This document shows, one piece after another, positions 11,300-19,527 of a DNA stretch of 64,000 nucleotides. The DNA lies in NCBI GenBank assembly GCA_963727485.1, contig CAVSGM010000001.1, forward strand, positions 800,001-864,000. The letters run 5' to 3'. This stretch comes from an uncultured delta proteobacterium. GTDB taxonomy: Bacteria; Myxococcota; Myxococcia; SLRQ01. The notes under the pieces were generated by a model. The model did no database searches and was not told the DNA's origin. It was given only the letters and a program-made list of their open reading frames with translations. Made by a program: the position numbers and the translations under genes. The stretch's first letter is position 1, and each line of letters starts with the position of its first letter.

Positions 11300-11414
11300 A
11301 ACGCGGTGCACGCGCCTCCCGCGGGCGCCCGGGCTGAAGGTCCGGGCGCCCGTTTCGTGATCGGGCGTCGCCCCCGTTGACCGCCGGCCGGCCCCGGCGC
11401 CAGGATCCGCCGCC

Positions 11415-12482
11415 ATGGGACGCTCGCTGGTTCGTGCCCTCCTCGCCCTGGCCCTCCTCGTCGCCGCCGGCCCCGCCCGGGCCAACGACCTCGACGTGGG
11501 CCTTCTGGCCAAAGTCCCCGCCGGGCGGCAGCCGGCGGTCACCGTGACCCTCCACAAGGCGGTGCGCCGCCTCACCCTCCGGCTCCAGGGTGACGACGGC
11601 CGGCGCCTGACCCTCACCCGCCACCGCCTGCCCCTCGGCCGCAAGGTGGTCCTGCCGCTGCGCCAGGGGGTGGGGCGGGTCGCCTGGCGCGGGCGCCTCG
11701 AGGTGCGGTTCGCCGACGGCACCAAGGGGGCGATGCCCCTGCACTTCGAGACGGTGGTCGCCTCGCCGATCCACCTCACCGCCGTCGCCACCCGGGACGA
11801 CGTCCTCGCCGGCCACGCCGTGGTCCGGGCCGACCACCCGGTGCGACAGGTCACGGTGAAGGTCTTCGGCGAAAAGGGCGCGCCGCTGGGGACCACGGTG
11901 CTGCCCTTCCACGACGCCGCCCCGGGGACGCCCCTGAAGCTCGCCTGGACCCGGTCCGGACCCGGGACGCCGCTGCGGGTCGAGGTGACCGTCACCGATC
12001 CCGACGGGATCACCGGCGGGCTCACCTGGTACCCCTGGGAGGTGCGCATCCCCCACCGGGAGGTGCGCTTCGACACCGGCGAGGCGGTCATCCGCCCGGA
12101 CCAGGTGGGCAAGCTGAAGTCGGTGCTCGCGGCCCTCCGGGCGGCGCTCCGGCGCTACGGCCGGGTGGCGAAGGTCTCCCTGTGGATTGCCGGCCACACC
12201 GACACCGTGGGGACGGCGGCGGCGAACCAGGTCCTCTCCGAGGACCGGGCCCGGGCCATCGCCCGCTGGTTCGAGGCCCAGGGGATAAGCGTACCGATCC
12301 ACTACCGGGGCCTGGGGGAGACGGCGCCGGCGGTGGCGACCCCCGACGAGACCGCCGAGCCGAGGAACCGCCGCGCCGACTACCTGGTGGCCGCGTCCGA
12401 TCCCCTCGCGGGCAAGACGCTCGCCGGGCACTGGACGCGCCTGAAGGACACCGGGGGTGGACACCGCGCGCCGGGCGGGTAG
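11415..12482 (+). CDS. Exported OmpA-like peptidoglycan-binding domain protein
   Basis: Signal peptide; C-terminal VRFDTG..IAGHTDTVG..NQVLSEDRARAI..GLGE..NRRA. Confidence 0.88.
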   Translation: MGRSLVRALLALALLVAAGPARANDLDVGLLAKVPAGRQPAVTVTLHKAVRRLTLRLQGDDGRRLTLTRHRLPLGRKVVLPLRQGVGRVAWRGRLEVRFADGTKGAMPLHFETVVASPIHLTAVATRDDVLAGHAVVRADHPVRQVTVKVFGEKGAPLGTTVLPFHDAAPGTPLKLAWTRSGPGTPLRVEVTVTDPDGITGGLTWYPWEVRIPHREVRFDTGEAVIRPDQVGKLKSVLAALRAALRRYGRVAKVSLWIAGHTDTVGTAAANQVLSEDRARAIARWFEAQGISVPIHYRGLGETAPAVATPDETAEPRNRRADYLVAASDPLAGKTLAGHWTRLKDTGGGHRAPGG

Positions 12483-12494
12483 GCTCCCGCGGCC

Positions 12495-14192
12495 ATGTCC
12501 CAGCGCCTCGCGACCCTCGCCGCCCTCCTCTGGATCGTGCCGGCGGCCGCCCTGGCGGCGCCCCCGGCCTCTGGCCCCTGCGCCACGCCGCGGTCGGCGG
12601 TGCAGGTCCTCCTCGACTGGCAGCAGCCGGACCACACCGATTGCGACAAGGCGGCGGCGTGCCTCGAGCTCCCCGCCGGGACCGCCCCCAAGGTGGCCCG
12701 GACCCGGGCGCGGCAGATCAAGGACGTCCTCGACGGCCGGGGCCTCTTCGTCAAGGTCTCGCAGATCCCCGACACCCCTGGCTACACCGCCAAGGACGGC
12801 CGCGCCCGGGTGGTCCTCTTCCCCCGCCGGCTGCCGGAGTTCTACCTGCGGAAGGTCGGGGGCCGGTGGCTGTGGAGCGCCGAGACCGTGGCCGCGGCGC
12901 CGAAGCTCCACCGCAAGGTCTTCGCCCTCGACCTCCGCAGCCTCCAGGACCATCTCCCCGGATGGGCCCGGGGCGAGGTGATGGGCCTCCAGGCCTGGCA
13001 GCTCCTGGGGATCCTGATCGTCCTGCTCCTCGGCCTGGTGGTCCGCCTCCTGGTGATGCTCCTGGTGGCGAGCCAGGCCCGGCGCCTCATGGGCCGCCTG
13101 GGGGCGAAGTGGGGCGAGGAGATCCTGGCCCGGGTCGACACCCCCCTGGGGACGCTGGCCGCCGCGGGCACCATCGCCGTGCTCCTGCCGGGCCTCCACC
13201 TCCCGGTGCGCCTGGTGGAGGTCGCGCTCCTCGCCCTGCGGGTGGTGGCGGCCTTCAGCGTGGTGTGGGTCGCCTACCGCCTGGTCGACGTGGTCACCGG
13301 GTGGCTCGATCACAAGGCGGCGATCACCGAGACCAAGCTCGACGACCAGCTGGTGCCCCTGGTCCGCACCGCCCTCAAGATCTTCATCGTCGCCCTGGGC
13401 GTGGTCTTCGTCCTCCAGAACCTCGACGTGGACGTGGGCAGTCTGCTCGCCGGCCTCGGCCTCGGCGGTCTCGCCTTCGCCCTGGCCGCCCGGGACACGG
13501 TGGCGAACCTCTTCGGGGCGGTGACCATCTTCCTCGACCGGCCCTTCCAGATCGGGGACTGGGTGGTGGTCTCGGGGGTCGAGGGGATCGTGGAGAAGGT
13601 GGGCTTCCGCTCCACGCGCCTGCGGACCTTCTACAACTCCCTGGTGGCGGTCCCGAACCACGTGGTCGCCGGCGCGTCGGTGGACAACTACGGGAAGCGC
13701 GAGTACCGGCGCACGGTGGTCACCCTCTCGGTCACCTACTCGACCACCCCCGAGCAGATGCAGGCCTTCGTCGAGGGCATCCGCGCCATCGTCCAGGCGA
13801 ACCCCTACACCCGCAAGGACTACTACGAGGTCCACTTCTCAGGCTTCGGGGAGAGCGGGCTCTCGGTGATGGTCTACTTCTTCTTCAAGGTGCCCAGCTG
13901 GAGCGACGAGCTCCGGGAGAAGCACCACGTGTTCCTGGAGATCCTCCGCCTCGCCCACGACCTGGGGGTGCGCTTCGCCTTCCCCACCCGGACCCTCGAG
14001 GTGGAGCGGCTGGCCGAGGCGGCCCCGGCGCCGGCGCCTTCGGTGCCCGGGGACCTGGCGGCGGTGGTCGAGGGCTACGGGCCCGGTGGCGGGCGGTCCC
14101 GGCCCGGGGGCCCGAAGCTCACCTCCGGGTACTTCGCCGCCACCGAGCCGGCGGGCTCGACCCGGGGCGAGACCACCGCCGACGACGACTGA
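12495..14192 (+). CDS. mscS: MscS-family mechanosensitive channel with periplasmic N-terminal domain
   Basis: LLAGLGLGGLAFALAARDTVANLFGA, DRPFQIGDWV, GFRSTRLRTF, VPN, FAFPTRTL. Confidence 0.92.
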   Translation: MSQRLATLAALLWIVPAAALAAPPASGPCATPRSAVQVLLDWQQPDHTDCDKAAACLELPAGTAPKVARTRARQIKDVLDGRGLFVKVSQIPDTPGYTAKDGRARVVLFPRRLPEFYLRKVGGRWLWSAETVAAAPKLHRKVFALDLRSLQDHLPGWARGEVMGLQAWQLLGILIVLLLGLVVRLLVMLLVASQARRLMGRLGAKWGEEILARVDTPLGTLAAAGTIAVLLPGLHLPVRLVEVALLALRVVAAFSVVWVAYRLVDVVTGWLDHKAAITETKLDDQLVPLVRTALKIFIVALGVVFVLQNLDVDVGSLLAGLGLGGLAFALAARDTVANLFGAVTIFLDRPFQIGDWVVVSGVEGIVEKVGFRSTRLRTFYNSLVAVPNHVVAGASVDNYGKREYRRTVVTLSVTYSTTPEQMQAFVEGIRAIVQANPYTRKDYYEVHFSGFGESGLSVMVYFFFKVPSWSDELREKHHVFLEILRLAHDLGVRFAFPTRTLEVERLAEAAPAPAPSVPGDLAAVVEGYGPGGGRSRPGGPKLTSGYFAATEPAGSTRGETTADDD

Positions 14193-14405
14193 TCGGCCGG
14201 CGGGATCGCCCGGCGCAAGGGACGCGCCGGGAGCGCGCGGTAGCCCCCGTTGACACCCCAGAGGGCGTGTTTACTGAATTGGGCGACACGGAGCGGCGGC
14301 CCCCGAAAACCGGGGCCCCGCTCCCCTGGCCCGGGCGTGCGGTGGCGGCGCCCGAGGTGCGTCTTCAACACGGCCCGACGTCCGTCGGGAAGGAGGAGCT
14401 ACGCC

Positions 14406-14888
14406 ATGCTGACTCGCTGGAGCGACTTGGGATTCGGAGACCTCGGCCGGGGCTTCGACACCTTCGACAACCTTCGCCGGCGGATGGACCGCCTCTTCGA
14501 GGAGTGGGACCGGGGCGTCGAGACCGGGCTGCTCGGTGGGGACGGCGCGCGGCAGCGTCTGGCCACCTGGCCCGCGGCGAACCTCTACGACGCCGGCGAC
14601 GCCTTCGTGGTCCAGGCGATGGTCCCCGGCGTGGACCGCGGGGACCTGGAGATCCAGGTGAACCAGGACAGCTTCATCGTCTCCGGGGAGCGGAAGGCCG
14701 AGGCCCCCCAGGGCTACGCCGTCCACCGCCGGGAGCGCGGCGGCCTCAAGTTCTCCCGGAGCTTCACCCTGCCCTCGAAGCTCGACCCCGAGCACGCCGA
14801 GGCCAGCCTGAAGAACGGCGTCCTCACGGTGCGCCTGGGCAAGGCCCCGGAGGCGAAGCCCCACAAGATCGACGTGAAGGTCTCCTGA
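14406..14888 (+). CDS. Hsp20/alpha-crystallin small heat-shock protein
   Basis: WPAANLYD, VPGV, ISGER-like, RRER..FSRSFTLP, ASLKNGVLTV; SD AAGGAGG at 14390. Confidence 0.95.
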   Translation: MLTRWSDLGFGDLGRGFDTFDNLRRRMDRLFEEWDRGVETGLLGGDGARQRLATWPAANLYDAGDAFVVQAMVPGVDRGDLEIQVNQDSFIVSGERKAEAPQGYAVHRRERGGLKFSRSFTLPSKLDPEHAEASLKNGVLTVRLGKAPEAKPHKIDVKVS

Positions 14889-14918
14889 CCCGCACACCCT
14901 TTGGAGAGGAATCGAACC

Positions 14919-15308
14919 ATGGCACGCACCGATATCGAGAAGCGGGAGACCGCCCATCCCGAGACCTACGCCGAGCCCCGTCGGCCGGTGGTGAACCCGC
15001 CGGTGGACATCTACGAGAACGACGACGAGCTGCTGCTCCTCGTCGATCTCCCCGGCGTCGACAAGCAGTCCCTGAACATCCGCCTGGAGAATGACGAGCT
15101 GGCCATCGAGGGCCGGTGGGCCATCGCCGAGATCGGCAACGCCCTGGGCGTCGGCTTCCGGCCGGTGGACTACGAGCGCCGCTTCACCGTGCCGGCCACC
15201 ATCCAGGCCGACAAGGTGGGCGCCGAGCTCAAGGCCGGGGTGCTCCACCTGCGCCTGCCCAAGGCCGAGGCCTACAAGCCGCGGCAGATCCAGGTGAAGG
15301 GCGAGTAG
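14919..15308 (+). CDS. Hsp20/alpha-crystallin small heat-shock protein (second of tandem pair)
   Basis: PPVDIYE, DLPGV, YERRFTV, AELKAGVLHLRLPK, PRQIQV. Confidence 0.94.
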   Translation: MARTDIEKRETAHPETYAEPRRPVVNPPVDIYENDDELLLLVDLPGVDKQSLNIRLENDELAIEGRWAIAEIGNALGVGFRPVDYERRFTVPATIQADKVGAELKAGVLHLRLPKAEAYKPRQIQVKGE

Positions 15309-15376
15309 CGCCGAGACCCAGCGGGCCACGGGGGCCCCTCGCCCCGCCCGGGCGGCGGTGATAGGAAGGATCCCCC

Positions 15377-16420
15377 GTGGCCTCGGCGAACCATCCCGAC
15401 CATCCCTGGCCGCTCCCCCAGGGCACCCCAGCCATCGAGGTCTGGTATGCCCTGGCCGGCCCCCGGGAGGGTCGGTTCGCCTTCTGGTACCGCTACACGC
15501 TGCTCTCCACCGCCGGCGGCCTCGAGGAGGCCCGGGTGTGGGCGGCGCTCACCGACCGGGCCGACCCGGGGCGCAGCTTCCTGTTCACCCGTCGGCTGCC
15601 GCTCGGGGCCGCGCGCTTCGGGGCCGGCGCCTTCGCCCTCGACGTGGGGGACGCCGGCCACCTCGACGACGGCCACGCCAAAGGGCAGCTGGAGACGCCC
15701 TTGGGGCGGGTGGCCTGGGCCCTCGACTGGACCCCCGACCCCGAGCCCTTCACCCCCATCGGCAGCCCGGCGCTCACCGAGGTGGCGGTGCGCCTCCTCG
15801 GCGCCGGCCGGCACCGGAGCGTGAACGAGGCGGTCCTGGCCACCGGCCGGGTGGAGGTCGCAGGCGCGGTCCTCGAGCTCGACCGGGCCCCGGCCCACCA
15901 GGGGCACACCTCGGGCAAGGTCCTCAACGACGCCTGGTCCTGGGTGCAGTGCAACGCCTTTGACGACGAGACCGTGGCCCTCGAGGCCCTCCACCTCAAG
16001 GGGATGACCACCGTGTGCCTCAAGGCCGGGGGCCGGGTCCACCGCCTCAACCGGGTGCGCGACCTCTTTGGACCGCGGAAGAGCCGGAGCACCTCGGAGG
16101 TGGGGCGGTGGCACCTCGAGGCCGCCGGCGACGGGGTGCGGCTCGAGGCCACCATCACCGCCGAGCCCGACCTGTGGCAGCGCGCCGCCTACCTCTCGCC
16201 CGACGGCACCCTGCGCTACAACGCCCACTGCTCCCTGGCCCGGGTCGAGCTCACCGTCCGCGAGGCCGCCGGGCCCGGGCGCGGGTCGGCGCCCGCGGTG
16301 CACCGCAGCGAGGCCGGCCGGGTCGAGTGGGTGGGCCGCAGGCCCCAGGTGCCGGGCCCCCACTTCCCCGACGTCTGGGAGGCCGCGGTGAGCGGCGCCC
16401 GGCATGGGACCCCTCCATGA
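15377..16420 (+). CDS. Tocopherol-cyclase / AttH-like beta-barrel protein
   Basis: EVWY..FWYRYTL, AHQGHTSG..AWSWVQCNAF, YLSPDG..YNAHC pattern typical of this fold family; low-certainty match. Confidence 0.55.
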   Translation: MASANHPDHPWPLPQGTPAIEVWYALAGPREGRFAFWYRYTLLSTAGGLEEARVWAALTDRADPGRSFLFTRRLPLGAARFGAGAFALDVGDAGHLDDGHAKGQLETPLGRVAWALDWTPDPEPFTPIGSPALTEVAVRLLGAGRHRSVNEAVLATGRVEVAGAVLELDRAPAHQGHTSGKVLNDAWSWVQCNAFDDETVALEALHLKGMTTVCLKAGGRVHRLNRVRDLFGPRKSRSTSEVGRWHLEAAGDGVRLEATITAEPDLWQRAAYLSPDGTLRYNAHCSLARVELTVREAAGPGRGSAPAVHRSEAGRVEWVGRRPQVPGPHFPDVWEAAVSGARHGTPP

Positions 16421-18618
16421 GACACCCGTCGCCCGTCCCCCACCTGGCCGCGGCCTGCGCGGCCCTCCTCCTGGCCGCCTGCTCCGGGAAGCCGACCAAG
16501 CCCCCGCCGCCCCCGCCGGCGTCGTCGTTCACCCAGCGCGACTGCACCACCACCTTCCACTTCGACGACGGGAAGGCCCACACCTCGGTGGTGGTCAGCG
16601 GGCCCTTCGACGGGTGGTCCGAGACCGCGGACCGGATGACCCACGGGGCCGGGACCACCTGGTCCCTGGACCTGGATCTCCCCGCCGGCGAGGTCCCCTA
16701 CAAGCTGGTGGTCGACGGCCAGTGGGTCCGCGATCCCTCGAACCCCTTCACCCTCTGGTCCGGGGGCGCCGAGGACTCGAAGCTCGTCGTCCCCGACTGC
16801 AGCCAGCCGGGCCTGCGCCTCGACCACTTCGCCGCCCACCCCGACGGAACGGTGGCGATGCACGCCACCTACCTCGACGACACGGCGAAGGCCGGGCCCG
16901 ACCCGTCCTCGGCGAAGGTCACCCTCGACGGGACCGCCGTGAAGGACGACGGGTTCCAGGCGGCGGACGGGACCTTCGACCTCGCCCTCGACGGTATGCC
17001 CGCGGGGAAGCACACCCTGGTGGTCTCGGTGAGCGACGCCGCGGGCCAGCCGGCGCCGCCCCTCTACCTGCCCTTCTGGATCCAGGCCAGGCCCTTCTCC
17101 TTCGACGGGGGGCTGCTCTACTTCGCCTTCACCGACCGGTTCAAGGACGGGGACACGTCCAACGACAATCCCACCGCCCAGGTCGCGACCCCGGCGAACT
17201 ACCAGGGCGGTGACTTCGCCGGGATCACCCAGGAGCTCGACGCCGGCTACTTCGACAAGCTGGGGGTCACCGCCCTGTGGATCTCCCCGGTGCAGGCGAA
17301 CCCCGGCGCCGCCTTCCCCGGCGACGACGGCCGGGACTACACCGGCTACCACGGCTACTGGCCCAGCGCCCCGCGCACCACCCAGCCGCGCTTCGGGAGC
17401 CTCAAGGACCTGAAGGCGCTCACCGCCGCCGCCCACGCCCACGGGATCCGGGTGCTCGCCGACGTGGTGTTCAACCATGTCCACGTGGACGACCCCTACT
17501 ACCAGCAGCACCAGCACGACGGCTGGTTCAACGGCGACGGGAGCTGCATCTGCGGCGCCCCGGGCTGCGACTGGAACACCTACCGGCTCACCTGCTGGTT
17601 CGCGCCCTATCTCGCCGATCTCAACTGGAAGAACCCCGACGTCGACGACACCATGATCGGCGACACCATGTGGTGGCTGAAGCAGGCGGACCTCGACGGC
17701 TTCCGGGTCGACGCGGTGAAGCACTTCGACAAGGTGGCGGTCCGAAACCTCCGGGGTGAGCTGCTGAAGATCGAGCACCGCACCGGGGTCCACTACCACC
17801 TGGTGGGCGAGACCTTCACCGGCGACGGGGACGCCGACCGGCAGCTCATCGCCCAGTACCTGGGGCCGGGGATGCTCGACGGCCAGTTCGACTTCCCCCT
17901 CTACTGGAACGTGGTCCGCGCGTTTGCCCGCGGCGAGGAGACCTTCAAGGACCTCGACGCGGCGGTGCAGGCGGGGCAGGCGGCCTGGCCCGCGGGGTCG
18001 GTGATGTCGCTGATGCTCGGGAACCAGGACGTGCCCCGGATCTACAGCCACGCCGCCGGGGACATCGCCGACGTCTGGGGCAACGGGGCCAAGCAGCAGG
18101 CCTGGGACGCGCCGCCGGCGGCCCACGACGACGACGTGGCCTACGGGAAGCTGCGCCTCGCCTTCGCCTTCCTCCTCACCCAGCCGGGGCTGCCGCTCAT
18201 CTACTACGGCGACGAGTACGGGATGCCCGGCGCCGGGGACCCGGACAACCGCCGGCCCATGCGCTTCGGGTCGGACCTGCTCCCCCGGGAGGCGTCGCTG
18301 CTCACGGTGGTCCGCCAGCTCGGCCGCCTGCGCCGGGACGTGCCCGCGCTCCAGAAGGGCGGCGAGCACACCCTCTTCGTCGACGACGACCTCTACGTCT
18401 ACGACCGGGACGCCGGGGCGGACCAGATCGCGGTGGTGGCCCTGAACCGTGGGGGCACCGACCGGACGGTGACCGTGACCCTCCCCGGGGCCCTGGGCCA
18501 GGCGCCCCGGGTGAGCTTCGACGAGCGCCTCGGGGGCGGCCAGCAGGCGTCGGTGGACGGGAAGCTGACGATCACCGTCCCCGCCGGGGCGGCGCAGGTG
18601 TGGACGCCGACGCCGTGA
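16417..18618 (+). CDS. Lipoprotein GH13 alpha-amylase with N-terminal CBM48-like domain
   Basis: Lipobox LLAAC; VSGPFDGW..YKLVVDGQW..DPSNP (CBM48); GYHGYW, DVVFNH, DGFRVDAVKH, GE, NQD, IYYGDE; ATG overlaps upstream TGA. Confidence 0.92.
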   Translation: MRHPSPVPHLAAACAALLLAACSGKPTKPPPPPPASSFTQRDCTTTFHFDDGKAHTSVVVSGPFDGWSETADRMTHGAGTTWSLDLDLPAGEVPYKLVVDGQWVRDPSNPFTLWSGGAEDSKLVVPDCSQPGLRLDHFAAHPDGTVAMHATYLDDTAKAGPDPSSAKVTLDGTAVKDDGFQAADGTFDLALDGMPAGKHTLVVSVSDAAGQPAPPLYLPFWIQARPFSFDGGLLYFAFTDRFKDGDTSNDNPTAQVATPANYQGGDFAGITQELDAGYFDKLGVTALWISPVQANPGAAFPGDDGRDYTGYHGYWPSAPRTTQPRFGSLKDLKALTAAAHAHGIRVLADVVFNHVHVDDPYYQQHQHDGWFNGDGSCICGAPGCDWNTYRLTCWFAPYLADLNWKNPDVDDTMIGDTMWWLKQADLDGFRVDAVKHFDKVAVRNLRGELLKIEHRTGVHYHLVGETFTGDGDADRQLIAQYLGPGMLDGQFDFPLYWNVVRAFARGEETFKDLDAAVQAGQAAWPAGSVMSLMLGNQDVPRIYSHAAGDIADVWGNGAKQQAWDAPPAAHDDDVAYGKLRLAFAFLLTQPGLPLIYYGDEYGMPGAGDPDNRRPMRFGSDLLPREASLLTVVRQLGRLRRDVPALQKGGEHTLFVDDDLYVYDRDAGADQIAVVALNRGGTDRTVTVTLPGALGQAPRVSFDERLGGGQQASVDGKLTITVPAGAAQVWTPTP

Positions 18619-18625
18619 GCCGCCG

Positions 18626-19432
18626 CTAGAACGCCGCGCCCCGGGGGAGCCCGGGGCCGAGGACGGCGAGCAGGACCACCAGGGCGACGGCGCCGGCGAC
18701 GAGCACGGCGGGGCTGCGGCCAAGGGGCAGGGCGTCCGCCTCCCCGGGCTCGGAGACGGTCCGGGACATCATCAACAGGCCGGCGTTCCCCCCGAAGGTC
18801 GAGGCGGCCGCGGAGATCACCACCAGGCGCGCGCCGGCGGGGTTCAGGGCCCCGGCGGCGCAGGCGACGACGCCCATGGCCAGGTAGGGGAGGGCGGCGA
18901 GGCGCCGGGCCCGGCGGCGGCGCTCGGTGGGGTCCCGGCCGAGGAAGGGCACCAGGGTCCGGCGGGCGTGGCTGAAGCCGGCGGAGTAGATCCCCGCGCC
19001 CAGCAGGGTGAGGCCCAGGCGCCAGAAGAAGGGGTGGGCCAGCCCCTGGACGAAGGCGTTCCAGTCGCCGAAGTGGGCGAAGGAGAGCACCATCAGGTAG
19101 CCGCCGCCGGTGAACACGTTCACGGTGAACCCGAGCCAGAGGAGGTAGCGGGTCCAGGGCCGGGCGCCCCGGGCGAGGCGCATCAGCGGCACCAGGAGCG
19201 CCGCCGCCAGGAGGTTCATCACCGTGCCCCCGGCGTCGACGGCCCGGGCGGCCCAGCCGCTCACCGCCCCGCAGTCCATGGCCACCGACGACACCCCGTG
19301 GAAGGCGCCGCCCACCAGGAGGCAGGTGCCGCCGTGACCCACCAGCTCGTGGAGCTGGTTGGGGACCAGGTAGCCGATGACCGCCGCGGCGAGCAGCGTG
19401 GGCAGGTCGAGGGGCGCGTCGGAGCTGTGCAT
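18626..19432 (-). CDS. Membrane protein with HExxxH motif (peptidase M50-like)
   Basis: LHELVGHGG near the first TM, AGGTVMNL and GDW motifs, multiple TM helices. Confidence 0.55.
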   Translation of the reverse strand: MHSSDAPLDLPTLLAAAVIGYLVPNQLHELVGHGGTCLLVGGAFHGVSSVAMDCGAVSGWAARAVDAGGTVMNLLAAALLVPLMRLARGARPWTRYLLWLGFTVNVFTGGGYLMVLSFAHFGDWNAFVQGLAHPFFWRLGLTLLGAGIYSAGFSHARRTLVPFLGRDPTERRRRARRLAALPYLAMGVVACAAGALNPAGARLVVISAAASTFGGNAGLLMMSRTVSEPGEADALPLGRSPAVLVAGAVALVVLLAVLGPGLPRGAAF

Positions 19433-19527
19433 CCAGCCAGCATACTTTGCACCGCCGGGGGAAGGCCACGGACGCGCGAAGGGGTGTGGTCCCGCGGGTC
19501 GGGGGTGGGGTATCCTCGCCTCCTGCC

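Noticed and set aside
14250..14276. CIRCE element upstream of hsp20
   Set aside because: TTGACACCC has no matching arm at 9-nt spacing; better read as a -35 hexamer
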